DNA of 63,847 bases, counting the filler, from Lama guanicoe (lineage: Eukaryota): assembly GCA_013239625.1 (NCBI GenBank). It is 165 parts of 165 records of this genome, joined end to end, with 100 filler letters (N's around TTAATTAATTAA, not from the genome) between each part and the next. Parts side by side here need not be neighbours in the genome. Positions count along the whole stretch, not along the records: positions 46,864 to 47,151 come from PNXV01053356.1; positions 47,252 to 47,539 come from PNXV01053357.1; positions 47,640 to 47,927 come from PNXV01053358.1; positions 48,028 to 48,315 come from PNXV01053359.1; positions 48,416 to 48,703 come from PNXV01053360.1; positions 48,804 to 49,091 come from PNXV01053361.1; positions 49,192 to 49,479 come from PNXV01053362.1; positions 49,580 to 49,867 come from PNXV01053363.1; 157 more parts are not named here. One strand, given 5' to 3'. This document shows positions 46,864-59,568 of the stretch, piece after piece; positions within the stretch are counted from its first letter, which is position 1; every line of letters starts with the position of its first letter. The notes under the pieces were generated by a model. The model had not been told where the DNA came from. It worked only from the letters and a program-made list of their open reading frames with translations, and did no database searches. The position numbers and the translations under genes were made by a program.

Positions 46864-47151
46864 TTGGGGTCAGCGAGTTGTGGGGAGCTCTCTTGGGGGG
46901 AAGAGGGTTTGATTTTAAGTGTGGGGTAGTTTGTGCGATAGTGGGTCTTCCAGCGTCTTTCTACAGTTGGAAAATGAGACGAGCACGTAGGATGTGACGG
47001 GTGGAGACACGGGACACTCAGCAGGAGGGGGAGAGATGTGGGTCAGGGAGGCCTCAGCCTGGAGGTGGCAGCTCGGAGCGGTGGTTTGGGTGGATAATTT
47101 GAATAGTTCAGATGCGTTTTCTAATGGAAGGATATTATACTGTTAACATAA
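46864..47151 (+). repeat. Duplicated fragment, copy B (paired with 43373-43660)
   Basis: 280/288 identical to copy A, with identical ends. Confidence 0.97.
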
Positions 47152-47639
47152 NNNNNNNNNNNNNNNNNNNNNNNNNNNNNNNNNNNNNNNNNNNNTTAAT
47201 TAATTAANNNNNNNNNNNNNNNNNNNNNNNNNNNNNNNNNNNNNNNNNNNNGGTCAGGAAGGAGTCAGCCGAGCCACGAGAAGTCAGTGTGGAGCGAGGG
47301 GTCTCCGTCCCACACAGTCAAAATCTTCAGTCCTCAGCCCCTAAGCACCCCGCCTGACAGCTTCTGCAGTCACCACCCAAAGGGGTGTGCCCACGGCTCC
47401 TGGCCAAGAGTTCGACTTCGGACAGGAGTGACACAGTAGACATGTCATAGGACACACATTCCGGAGACGAGGCCAGGAAAGGCCGCCAGGGGAAAAACAA
47501 GGTCAAAGTTCCCAGAAAGATTTCCAACAAAGAATGACCNNNNNNNNNNNNNNNNNNNNNNNNNNNNNNNNNNNNNNNNNNNNTTAATTAATTAANNNNN
47601 NNNNNNNNNNNNNNNNNNNNNNNNNNNNNNNNNNNNNNN

Positions 47640-47927
47640 AAGAAAAGTGTTCATCATATTTAGTCATCAAGTAAATGAAAATTAAAATCACAATGAAATA
47701 ATTTCCTCAAATTTCCATTTCAAAGTAAAAATAATTTACATCAAATATGGGGATGGAGAAAATGGGAATCTCATATATATTTATCGGTAATGTAAAATGC
47801 TATAATAAGTTTGGAAAGCTTGAAGTTTTCTATAAACTTAAATATACATTTACCTTATGATCCAAAAATTTCACTTCAATCTAACAAAGAGAAATTAACC
47901 CACCTGTCCATAAATAAACTTATATAG
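47640..47927 (+). mobile_element. Old L1M ORF2 C-terminal remnant
   Basis: TAGTCATCAAGTAAATGAAAATTAAAATCACAATGA...GGATGGAGAAAATGGGAATCTCATA...AATGTAAAATG...TTTACCTTATGATCCA. Confidence 0.75.
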
Positions 47928-49191
47928 NNNNNNNNNNNNNNNNNNNNNNNNNNNNNNNNNNNNNNNNNNNNTTAATTAATTAANNNNNNNNNNNNNNNNN
48001 NNNNNNNNNNNNNNNNNNNNNNNNNNNTTACTACAAGATATTGTATGTAGTTCCCTGTGTTATACAGTATAAACTTGTTGTTTATCTATTTATGAACATA
48101 TTTTAAACTGAATTTTTGAGTCCTTCATTTCTGCTATTAAAATAAGCGTATTTTTTTCTTGAAAAAATATTAAGCTGCTTTTGTTACATTTAGTAAAATT
48201 GCCTTAATAAATTATGCATTTATTTAGTTTCAAACTTTTCAAAGTAAAAATAAAGCTACCATCTACTGAATGTCTTTCTGTGTGTCTGGTGCTGAATGAA
48301 ATGCTTTAAATGGACNNNNNNNNNNNNNNNNNNNNNNNNNNNNNNNNNNNNNNNNNNNNTTAATTAATTAANNNNNNNNNNNNNNNNNNNNNNNNNNNNN
48401 NNNNNNNNNNNNNNNGAGTCAGATTTGTTCTTTCCTATTTCAGTAGTGCCATGGAGAAGGTACTTTTGGCAGCTTTCTGTAGGGTCCTGGAGGCATTCTC
48501 TCTCAGACTCTATGCGCCTCTATTGAAAACCGGTCATCGCTATCTGACCTGCTGGAAAAGCACTCCGCCTGTTTTGCCCTGAAGAAGTGTTATGTTTATA
48601 ACTCATCTCTACTGCTTGGAAAATAACTCAATAAAAACTCAGTTGGTTTTCCAACAGCTCTGGGCAGGGGTGAGGGATAGCTTGTTATTATTTTATAAAA
48701 AAANNNNNNNNNNNNNNNNNNNNNNNNNNNNNNNNNNNNNNNNNNNNTTAATTAATTAANNNNNNNNNNNNNNNNNNNNNNNNNNNNNNNNNNNNNNNNN
48801 NNNAGTGGGTGCAGAGGCCCTAGGCAATCGGGGACTGGAGGAAGGGAAGACGTGCACGTGTGGGGAACAGGGGACCAAGAGGCAGGTCAGATCGGGGTCC
48901 AGCTGTCAACAGTCTCTACGTCATGCTCAGGGGTCTAACCCTCCCGCCCACAAGCACGAAGGAGTCAACAAGGTCTTCACGCAGGGACGTAATGCTGGCG
49001 GACAGACCGCCTGTGAAAAGGGCAACAGCGCCAGGAAGCTCACCACAGCTCGGGCAGGAGGGTCAGGTCACTGCAGGAGGAAGGCACCGGCNNNNNNNNN
49101 NNNNNNNNNNNNNNNNNNNNNNNNNNNNNNNNNNNTTAATTAATTAANNNNNNNNNNNNNNNNNNNNNNNNNNNNNNNNNNNNNNNNNNNN

Positions 49192-49426
49192 GAACAAACT
49201 ACCGGCTACTTAGGAGAAGGAAGGGAGGAGGGGTAATATACTGGGGGAGGAGTACGAACTACAAACTTGAGGTATAAAATAAACTACAGGGTTATATTGT
49301 ACAACATGGCAAACAGCCAATATTCCATAATAACTATAAACAGACTAAAACCTTTAAAATTGTGGATGACTATATTGTACACCTGTAACTCACCTAATAC
49401 CCTACATCAACTATACTTAATTTAAA
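49192..49426 (+). mobile_element. LINE-1 3' terminus (laurasiatherian type)
   Basis: GGTATAAAATAAACTACAGGGTTATATTGTACAACATGG...TATATTGTACACCTGTAACT...ACATCAACTATACTTAATTTAAA. Confidence 0.8.
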
Positions 49427-51519
49427 GGAGAAAGAAATTACCACTAGAGAATTAATACTTGAGTAACTACCATTTTTGGNNNNNNNNNNNNNNNNNNNNN
49501 NNNNNNNNNNNNNNNNNNNNNNNTTAATTAATTAANNNNNNNNNNNNNNNNNNNNNNNNNNNNNNNNNNNNNNNNNNNNGGTCTTCAGAAGAAGACACCT
49601 GAACTGAGTCTTCAACACGAGTGGGAAGATACCTAAGTATCTCCTAAGAGCAGCGCCTTTCTTCCTCCTTTTTCTCTCTGACAGTTACCTACAGCCGCTG
49701 TCAGGAATTTGGCCGCTGGCAGTAATTTGACCACTGTATCCATCCACCAATAAACGACCACAGCCGCCCTCAATGGAAAAAGTGCTTAGTGTTCTATTTT
49801 GTGCAATCAGAGATTAGATTCCAAATTCATTGGCACAGAAGATCAAACAGCTAATCATATACAGTGANNNNNNNNNNNNNNNNNNNNNNNNNNNNNNNNN
49901 NNNNNNNNNNNTTAATTAATTAANNNNNNNNNNNNNNNNNNNNNNNNNNNNNNNNNNNNNNNNNNNNTGTTTCATGCTTTCGTGGGCACGAAAGGACAAT
50001 ACTCATGCCCAGGATCATGCTGACAGCTAGAGGACAGAAGGGCTTCTGAGTCAAGTTCATGGGCCATAGCAGAGTAAGGACTCAAGTTAGGGACAGAACC
50101 TTCACGGGTCGAAACTTCTGCTAGAAAGTCCAGAATCTCAGATCCTCATATCTTTTCACAAAGGAGTGAAGAACATCACTCACCCATTTGCTGTCTGGAG
50201 CCTGCAATGTTCCAAATGGATCAGCACTCATCAACGCTCAACCACAGAAATCCTGNNNNNNNNNNNNNNNNNNNNNNNNNNNNNNNNNNNNNNNNNNNNT
50301 TAATTAATTAANNNNNNNNNNNNNNNNNNNNNNNNNNNNNNNNNNNNNNNNNNNNAAAAATGCCTTGAATTATGGAGGACACTAGAAATAGTATTTCTTA
50401 CAGAGGAGGGGCTTCCTACCAGCATTGTCCCTTCTAGGGTTTTTGACCTAAAATTTCTTTGGTGTATTTTTTTCTTTGCTATCCACTTTTTCCCCCTATT
50501 TTTTTCTCTTTCTGTCTCCACTTTATCATCTAGATGCCTGGGTAGTTCCCAAGTGAAGAGTGCTTTACGAATTCTAAGGGTGATTTATAGGTAAATTCAG
50601 AAAATGATTTTTTTTTTACCTTCAACTTCCATACCAAGAAAATNNNNNNNNNNNNNNNNNNNNNNNNNNNNNNNNNNNNNNNNNNNNTTAATTAATTAAN
50701 NNNNNNNNNNNNNNNNNNNNNNNNNNNNNNNNNNNNNNNNNNNCCTCCTGCCAGCTCGCAGCCCAGCAAGACAAAGTGAAAGCTCCAGACCCCAGACCAG
50801 TACACCCAGGAGCACAGGGCCTCCTCCCCTGCCGGCTCCCAACGGAGCGCTTTATTCTCCGGGGAGACTCAGACATCAACGTTCCTCATTCTGCTCTGCT
50901 ACCTGCTGGTGAGGCCAGTTCTGGTTTTGTATAGTTGAAAGATGGGGCTCTCTCCTCCTGTCAAGTTTCCACTTACAAAATAGAAACTCTACCTTACTCA
51001 TAGCACCATGAGAATGCTGGATCCCTCACAGNNNNNNNNNNNNNNNNNNNNNNNNNNNNNNNNNNNNNNNNNNNNTTAATTAATTAANNNNNNNNNNNNN
51101 NNNNNNNNNNNNNNNNNNNNNNNNNNNNNNNGACAAATTAACCCAGTTCGGACTTCATCCATCCACAAAGATGTCCTCAGTGGCTGACCGAGGCAGGTAG
51201 CTCACAGGCAGGCCAAGGAAGTGTAAGGGAAGGGAGGAGGCACCTGCCTGGGACCCCAAGGCCGGTTGGGAAACCCTGAGGGGGCCTCAGTCCCGATGGC
51301 CACTGGGTGACCTGCGGAGGGCTGTGCTCTCCGGCCATGGGGTGCTCTTTCAGATTGATGGCAGTGACTTAAATGAAATATTTATAAAACCCAATTTACT
51401 TTAAATGGGTGAATATCGCNNNNNNNNNNNNNNNNNNNNNNNNNNNNNNNNNNNNNNNNNNNNTTAATTAATTAANNNNNNNNNNNNNNNNNNNNNNNNN
51501 NNNNNNNNNNNNNNNNNNN

Positions 51520-51668
51520 CAGATTTTCAGTTTTGCTAAATGAAGAGTTCTAGAGAAAGATGGGGGGGTTGTATGACACTGCAAATATTCCTAGTGCTAC
51601 TGAATTGTACACCTAAAAATTGTTAAGATGGAGAATATTATGTATATTTTATCATAATTAAAAAAATT
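51520..51668 (+). mobile_element. L1MB-like 3' terminus
   Basis: TTTCAGTTTTG...GAAGAGTTCTAGAG...GCTACTGAATTGTACACCTAAAAATTGTTAAGATGG..AAT.TTATGTATATTTTATCATAATTAAAAAAA. Confidence 0.8.
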
Positions 51669-51907
51669 TTTAAGTCAGCACCCCTGGGTCCAGTTCCCCG
51701 AGACCCACTGTTGACCAGAAGTGAGTCTCAGCCTGTCCCCCAACATGTGACAGGTTTATCACCCAAGAACTCCTTGCCTGGGCTTCCCTACCAGGTCCCC
51801 GTGCCCTNNNNNNNNNNNNNNNNNNNNNNNNNNNNNNNNNNNNNNNNNNNNTTAATTAATTAANNNNNNNNNNNNNNNNNNNNNNNNNNNNNNNNNNNNN
51901 NNNNNNN

Positions 51908-52195
51908 TTTAGGTTGTTTCCATGTCTTGGCTATTATACATAGTGCTGCTGTGAACGTTTGGGTGCATGTATGTTTTCAAATTAGAGTTCTGTATGGATA
52001 TAAGCCCAGGAATGGGACTGCTGGATCCTATGGTAACTCTGTGTTTCGTTTTCTAAGAAACCTCCATAGTGTTCTCCACAGTGGCTGCACCAATTTACAT
52101 TCTCACCAGTAGAGTAGGAGGGTTCCTTTTCTTCCAAATCCTCTCCAGTATTCATTATTTGTAGACTTTTTATGATGGCCATTCTGACTGATGTG
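51908..52195 (-). mobile_element. LINE-1 ORF2 C-terminal (CCHC region) remnant, frameshifted
   Basis: Minus strand encodes SVRMAIIK then, after a frameshift, ..[19 protein letters not shown]...[14 protein letters not shown]. Confidence 0.93.
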
Positions 52196-52683
52196 NNNNN
52201 NNNNNNNNNNNNNNNNNNNNNNNNNNNNNNNNNNNNNNNTTAATTAATTAANNNNNNNNNNNNNNNNNNNNNNNNNNNNNNNNNNNNNNNNNNNNTGAGC
52301 ACAGAATAAGATCCCTGCAAATTTCTTGGCTGCCATCAGCCTTTTTGTCAGTGACAGAGTGCTGTGTGTAGTAGTAAATTTGTAGCGTGCTTTTAGAAGG
52401 GTGCAGACGTACTTATTTTTGTTAATACAATTGCACTGTTTTGTCTGGGACTCTGAAAAATAGAAATGGGTTAGAAAATGTTGGTTTCTCATCCTTGGTC
52501 CTTCGTCACCCTCACAAATATGGACCCTTCCTTTTGTAGCAGGAATAAGACAGCCCCAGCCTTCCCGCCTCATGAGATCAGTCNNNNNNNNNNNNNNNNN
52601 NNNNNNNNNNNNNNNNNNNNNNNNNNNTTAATTAATTAANNNNNNNNNNNNNNNNNNNNNNNNNNNNNNNNNNNNNNNNNNNN

Positions 52684-52845
52684 TGGTCTTGCAAAAACTC
52701 ATATACCCTGGCTTCTACCCTACCACTCTGAAACAGCCCCTTAGAGCGATCTGAGATGCTGTGTTCTGGGCACGAGTCCTTAGGAAATCCACTGAGTAAA
52801 ACATGACTCTCAACTTTGAGGTTGTGCATTTTGTTTCAGTCGACA
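52684..52845 (+). mobile_element. ERV LTR 3' end
   Basis: CATATACCCTGGCTTCT..C...CTGAAACAG..CCTTAGAGCGATCTGAGATGCTG...AAAACATGACTCTCAACTTT.AGGTTGTGCATTT..TTTCAGTCGACA, ending in CA. Confidence 0.7.
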
Positions 52846-54235
52846 GTTTACACCACTGGAGCTTACAGCTTCAAAACTTACTCTATTTATCCTTTGGGGG
52901 CAAAAATCCTTCTAAAAGGCCCTGCGTATTCAAGAGAAGGCAGTCAGATCCTTACCCAGAACCCAGGATCANNNNNNNNNNNNNNNNNNNNNNNNNNNNN
53001 NNNNNNNNNNNNNNNTTAATTAATTAANNNNNNNNNNNNNNNNNNNNNNNNNNNNNNNNNNNNNNNNNNNNGGTCATCTTAGAAGCTATGTATTAAATAT
53101 GGCGGAACCCTTGTTGGCCTGTGTCACTGGATGCATGGTTTTGTTGATCAGAACCTGCTCATTTTCCCTGAAATATTATCTAAAAGACAAATGAGCTTCT
53201 ATCTTTTTGGTCTATTGCCTTTTGGATTTTCTCCATGATTGCAGTTTGCCTAACTTAATGCACCAGCAATTTTTATTTTTACATGTGCTTCTTCTCTTTC
53301 ATAGGAATTCAGAATCTCTAAAGAACTATAAGTAAGCATAGTGTAAGTATATTTATTTANNNNNNNNNNNNNNNNNNNNNNNNNNNNNNNNNNNNNNNNN
53401 NNNTTAATTAATTAANNNNNNNNNNNNNNNNNNNNNNNNNNNNNNNNNNNNNNNNNNNNACATGATTCTTCCCAGAAAGCTTTGGGAATTTTCTTTAAGT
53501 CAACAGCTGCAGTCTAGAATTTCATACATTAACAGCCTGGTAACATTGTAGTTGTCTTTACGATGATAGGTGAGATTTTGGTAGCACGGGGTGAGGAGGG
53601 CAAGACAGAAGAGTTGGGTGCGTGTGATGCACACTCGATGTGCACGAGGAGAATGAGACTTGGGCTGTGGTTGTTGCAGGTGGCACGTGTGAAAGTTGCA
53701 TGACCCCCGTGAACGCAGAAGTGCTGACTCAGGATGGCCACGTTCCCNNNNNNNNNNNNNNNNNNNNNNNNNNNNNNNNNNNNNNNNNNNNTTAATTAAT
53801 TAANNNNNNNNNNNNNNNNNNNNNNNNNNNNNNNNNNNNNNNNNNNNAGTTCCTCCCACACACTCTGCTGTGGATCAATGGTCTTTCCCTCCTCGACACC
53901 TAGTGAGAAAGCTGGGAAATCGATGAGGAAGAAAGAGCAGAGAAGGGTGCATTCCGTACTAAGGTGGATCAGCTGGGAAGAGGGGACAGAGGGGTGAGGA
54001 GAGACGTGAGGCAGCTCCAGGTAAGAGGCAAGGTAGAGATACAGTTAGGAGCAAAGGCTTCTGGTTGGGGTGACTAGAGTTTGCATCCCTACTCACTACA
54101 CACTGGCTCTGAGACCTTGACTTCCGAGTGCAAGTNNNNNNNNNNNNNNNNNNNNNNNNNNNNNNNNNNNNNNNNNNNNTTAATTAATTAANNNNNNNNN
54201 NNNNNNNNNNNNNNNNNNNNNNNNNNNNNNNNNNN

Positions 54236-54523
54236 GGTCCCCCATAAATTGCAAAAAAAGCAAAGCAACACGGCTGATGTGCCCTGAGGGGAGGGGCGCC
54301 ATAGCCTTTGTCTCCCCAGACCCAGGGCGCCATTACTGGTGTTCTCGTGAGAAGAGAGGAGGGGCTTAGCCACAGCCGCCATCTCCTCCTGTGCGCAGCA
54401 CCCGGGCAGGGGCGGGGCCAAGCCCTGAATCTGCACCGCAGGGCTCCACAAACTCCTAGGCAGGACTGAGACTAGTTTACAGCCTGAGGCAGATAGGATC
54501 TTTCTGCCCTGGCACCTCAGAGA
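54236..54523 (+). mobile_element. Probable camelid L1 5' UTR segment
   Basis: CpG-containing GAGGGGCGCCATAGCC...CAGCCGCCATCTCC...GGGGCGGGGCC sequence resembling L1 promoter regions. The family assignment is uncertain. Confidence 0.4.
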
Positions 54524-55011
54524 NNNNNNNNNNNNNNNNNNNNNNNNNNNNNNNNNNNNNNNNNNNNTTAATTAATTAANNNNNNNNNNNNNNNNNNNNN
54601 NNNNNNNNNNNNNNNNNNNNNNNGTCACCATTGATCAGGGAAAGATAAATCTCATCTGAGTTTCTTTTCTTGGACATTATGGCCTTTTATTTAATAAGTT
54701 GGGTTTTTAGGATTATATGAAAGAAATACTGTACCATATTCAATAAAAAGATTGGTTATTTCTGATAACTCTTCTCTTATTTCGGTCGGTCATGCTTTTT
54801 CACTACAAACCATAGAAACGACAATTTAGTGCAATTCTACTTTGAAGTAAAATATTGAGAGCTGGGAGCTTATTTCAGTTTGGAGAAATAGGGGAATTGT
54901 TTTTATCCCACNNNNNNNNNNNNNNNNNNNNNNNNNNNNNNNNNNNNNNNNNNNNTTAATTAATTAANNNNNNNNNNNNNNNNNNNNNNNNNNNNNNNNN
55001 NNNNNNNNNNN

Positions 55012-55299
55012 TCTTTTTCTTTTTCTTTAATTGAAGTATAGTTAACTTACAACATTAACACTGTTAGTTTCAGGTATATAGCATAGTGATTCAGTATTTT
55101 TGAAGATTACATTCCATTATAGATTATTATAAGACAGCTATTTAGTGTATCCTTTGCTGCTTATCTATTTCACATATAGCAGTTCATATCTGTTAATCCC
55201 ATACCCCTAATCTGTTCCTCCTCCTTCCCGCTCCCCTCTGGTAACAAGTTTGTTTTCTATATCTGTGAGTCTGTTTCTGTTTTGCATAAACATTCATTT
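55012..55299 (-). mobile_element. LINE-1 3' terminus
   Basis: TTTAATTGAAGTATAGTT...GTTAGTTTCAGGTATATAGCATAGTGATTCAG...TGGTAAC.AAGTTTGTTTTCTATATCTGTGAGTCTGTTTCTGTTTTG. Confidence 0.9.
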
Positions 55300-55399
55300 N
55301 NNNNNNNNNNNNNNNNNNNNNNNNNNNNNNNNNNNNNNNNNNNTTAATTAATTAANNNNNNNNNNNNNNNNNNNNNNNNNNNNNNNNNNNNNNNNNNNN

Positions 55400-55687
55400 G
55401 GATAAGAAGGAATAAAACCTTTTTTGTAAAGGTAAATATAGAGGAAAACACAGAATACTATATTGCTGAAACGATGGTGGGAAAATGACTTTATAAAGTG
55501 AGTTTAATGACTATTATAAAAGTTAAAAGACAAAATATGAAGAATAACTATAAGTAAAAACATGTTAATAGATACACAATGTGAATATATATTAAATTCT
55601 AACATTAATAACAAAAAATGTGGGAAGGATTAAAAGGGTAGAATTTGTATGTGATTGAAGTTAAGTTGTTATCAGCTAAAATAGACT
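55400..55687 (+). mobile_element. Old L1M inter-ORF region
   Basis: GTAAAGGTAAATATA...CAGAATACTAT...AAAAGTTAAAAGACAAAA...TGTGATTGAAGTTAAGTTGTTATCAGCT.AAAATAGACT. Confidence 0.75.
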
Positions 55688-56563
55688 NNNNNNNNNNNNN
55701 NNNNNNNNNNNNNNNNNNNNNNNNNNNNNNNTTAATTAATTAANNNNNNNNNNNNNNNNNNNNNNNNNNNNNNNNNNNNNNNNNNNNAGGTGTTGTCTAT
55801 TTCCCTGAACCCCCTCCCTTCACCTCCAGTCACGGGTAAGTTCATTTCCTTTACCTCCTTAACTAACTTGTAGCCTCACCGTCTGCACTCAGCACTTTGC
55901 ATCCTGCTGGCGTAATTGATTCTCTCTCTCTCTAGACACCAGGCAGAATTTTCTTGCAACCCTCTGTGTACTGGCTCTCCTGCTCGGGGTCTGGTACAAC
56001 TTACAAGTTCAATAAATGGTTTTCGAATAACTGCACGAATAAGATGGGATCTGAGCCGTGTTGTGAAAAAAAAACNNNNNNNNNNNNNNNNNNNNNNNNN
56101 NNNNNNNNNNNNNNNNNNNTTAATTAATTAANNNNNNNNNNNNNNNNNNNNNNNNNNNNNNNNNNNNNNNNNNNNCTAAAATTTATAAATATGATCATAT
56201 GGAATTTTTATTAACCTAAAAAATCAAGAAGAAGAATAGAAATATCAGTCACAATCTCTTGGACGTTTATCTATAAAGTCTTACCTAATGTTATATTAAT
56301 ACAGTGGCCTACATAATGTTATCCCCATCTCATAGATGACTACAAGAAATGTTTTGTTTAAAGTATCTGTAATGTTAGATATTGATTCTTACTTTGAATT
56401 TTGCAATATCGCATCCTAAACATAATTGCGACATTCCCATTTAAATTCACTCTCCTTCTCTCTNNNNNNNNNNNNNNNNNNNNNNNNNNNNNNNNNNNNN
56501 NNNNNNNTTAATTAATTAANNNNNNNNNNNNNNNNNNNNNNNNNNNNNNNNNNNNNNNNNNNN

Positions 56564-56851
56564 TTAACTCAAAATGGATCATATGCCAAATGTAAAAATC
56601 AGAATTATAGGATTTCTAGAAGAAAACACAGGAGACAATCTACATGATTTTAAATTTGTTTATGAGTTATAGCTACAACACCAAAAGCACAATTCATGAA
56701 AGAAAAAGTTTATTAAAATTATTCTACAAAAGATATTGTGGAATGATTATACAAGCCACAGCTTTGGGGGAAATATGTGCAAAAAAGGTCTCTCATAAAG
56801 GACTTGAATTTTAAAAATACAAACTCTTAAAACGCAACAATAAGAAGACAA
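56564..56851 (+). mobile_element. Old L1M ORF2 remnant
   Basis: TTAACTCAAAATGGATCATA...CTAGAAGAAAACACAGGAGA.AATCT.CATGA...ACACCAAAAGCACAA...ACAAGCCACAG. Confidence 0.85.
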
Positions 56852-57727
56852 NNNNNNNNNNNNNNNNNNNNNNNNNNNNNNNNNNNNNNNNNNNNTTAAT
56901 TAATTAANNNNNNNNNNNNNNNNNNNNNNNNNNNNNNNNNNNNNNNNNNNNGACCTCCACCACTTTAAACTAGAGGACTCTTACCTCTTCCCAGAAGACA
57001 GCCATGTTCCCTTTATAGGTCATCTCATACTCATGTTTGGCTCTGATCAATGCATTCTCCACCAGAAGAGTCTAAAGACTAAAACCTACAAACTTGATTC
57101 TTTAATTCTATGCTTAGAACACGTTAGAGTTTCACACAGGCCCTTATAGTAAAGACCAAATTCAGCCCAATATATTACAAGACTCTTCATGGTTGAGTTC
57201 CTGTCTGTTGCAACTTGTTAAATCTCTTTCTTTAGGTCGNNNNNNNNNNNNNNNNNNNNNNNNNNNNNNNNNNNNNNNNNNNNTTAATTAATTAANNNNN
57301 NNNNNNNNNNNNNNNNNNNNNNNNNNNNNNNNNNNNNNNTCTTCCCAGTTTCTCAGGACCAAGGCTGCTCCGGCCACTATATGACTTCTGGCTCCCCAAA
57401 CCCTCTGTGTTCAGGCCAGTCATGCCTGTTCATCCGGCCCCCTGCTCAGAGGTTTTCCCCCACTGCAGGTGGATGCTTCCAGTCTCTGCAGGGACACCTC
57501 CTCAGGGGAGCCCTCTTCCCCCATCAGCATGGCAGGTGTCCCAGGCCACATCTCAACCTGCCCAATTAGGACTGCGTATGCCTAGGTCTTCTAGTCAGAC
57601 CAGCAGCCTCAGAGGCAGGGATTATGCNNNNNNNNNNNNNNNNNNNNNNNNNNNNNNNNNNNNNNNNNNNNTTAATTAATTAANNNNNNNNNNNNNNNNN
57701 NNNNNNNNNNNNNNNNNNNNNNNNNNN

Positions 57728-57870
57728 AACACAGGGAACTATGTTCAAATTCTTATCCTAATATATAATGAAAAATTATCTGAAAAAAATATATTTATAT
57801 GTATAACTGAATTGCTTTGCTGTACTAAGATTGTAAATCAATTATACTTCAATAAATTATTTTTTTAAAA
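57728..57870 (+). mobile_element. LINE-1 3' terminus
   Basis: ACACAGGGAACTATGTTCAA...TATATGTATAACTGAATTGCTTTGCTGTAC...TTGTAAATCAATTATACTTCAAT. Confidence 0.85.
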
Positions 57871-59280
57871 AGACGGTGACTTCATCAAAATTCCCTGGGA
57901 GTAAAATACTTTAATTTTGATGAGACATATACCTGGAAGTTGACTGATTAAAGGCTTCCTTTTAAGGGTATTTTCTTAAACCTACTCAGATGTAGCTTAT
58001 AATGAAACAAAAACANNNNNNNNNNNNNNNNNNNNNNNNNNNNNNNNNNNNNNNNNNNNTTAATTAATTAANNNNNNNNNNNNNNNNNNNNNNNNNNNNN
58101 NNNNNNNNNNNNNNNCTGAAAGGGGAGAAAGTTTTCCACCTAACAGGAAGGCATTACTGAAGCTCAAGCTTGGTCTCCTGCAATGGGGTCTCCCTTGTGG
58201 AGGTTGCCTACTAACAGAGAAGGTCTGTGTGGGAAGCATGTTTCATACAAATATTATCTTCCTGACCTGGTCATACATCCCAGAACTTCCCCCTGGGCTG
58301 GGACAGGGAGCAGAGGAGGAGGATTTTACTCAACATCCCCAGGTCCTAGAATAATTAATAAGTGAGAGCAAGATAGAGAGAATGAAGAAAGAAGGGACAG
58401 AGANNNNNNNNNNNNNNNNNNNNNNNNNNNNNNNNNNNNNNNNNNNNTTAATTAATTAANNNNNNNNNNNNNNNNNNNNNNNNNNNNNNNNNNNNNNNNN
58501 NNNTTTTTTTTAATTAAATAGGCTTCTTTATTGTAGGACTTCAAACAGTCTCATGATCATTGCGAATCTCCATAATTAAAATGTAGTATGAAGTGTTTCC
58601 CAATCTTATTTGGTCATAGGACACTGTTACTCCTGAAATCAGTTATAGGACCAAGGATATGTGATGCACACACACTCTGATAAACACTGCAGCCTAAAGC
58701 TCATCCCAGTTGCAGACCCTCGAAAGACCTACTGTGCTCAGGCTCTTCCAGGCTTAGAACAAACTATCCAGGTTCAAAGTTACCACCATTANNNNNNNNN
58801 NNNNNNNNNNNNNNNNNNNNNNNNNNNNNNNNNNNTTAATTAATTAANNNNNNNNNNNNNNNNNNNNNNNNNNNNNNNNNNNNNNNNNNNNACGGTAAGG
58901 TGCGGGCAGCTCCCAACAACAAAACACATTTTAACGGGAGGACAGAAAAGAAAGCATCTCAGAAAATTCCTGAGCAAGAGGTGCCACAGAGCTGGAAAAC
59001 CGGAACATGGGGGTGCAAAGAGACGGCCAGCCCTGTCCCGAGGGCGGGGGTGGGGGGTTGAGGACCTGCAGGGAGCCCCAGATGTGGAGAGGAAAGGTCA
59101 CCTTCCACCTGCCCGGGGCAGTGCGCGGGGGCCAGACAGGAAGCAGCCAGCCTCAGCAGGCTAAAGAGGGCCACCGAGGGNNNNNNNNNNNNNNNNNNNN
59201 NNNNNNNNNNNNNNNNNNNNNNNNTTAATTAATTAANNNNNNNNNNNNNNNNNNNNNNNNNNNNNNNNNNNNNNNNNNNN

Positions 59281-59568
59281 GATTTGCAGATACTGACTAC
59301 TATATATAAAATAGATAAACAACAAATTTACACTTCATAGCACATGGGACTATATTCAGCATCTTGTAGTAACCTATAATAAAAAAGAATATGAGAAGGA
59401 ATATACGTCTGTATATGTATGACTAAAACATTATGTGGTACACCAGAAACTGACACATTGTAAACTGACTCTACTCCAATTTTTAAAAAATGTAGCAACA
59501 TGGATAGACCTAGAGATGGTCATACTAAGTGAAGTCAGTCAGTCAGAGAAAGACAAATATCATATGAT
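59281..59568 (+). mobile_element. Two head-to-tail LINE-1 3' fragments
   Basis: An L1 terminus ends ...TGTAAACTGACTCTACTCCAATTTTTAAAAAA near 59490. It is followed at once by the upstream L1 segment GTAGCAACATGGATAGACCTAGAG...AGAGAAAGACAAATATCATATG. Confidence 0.85.
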
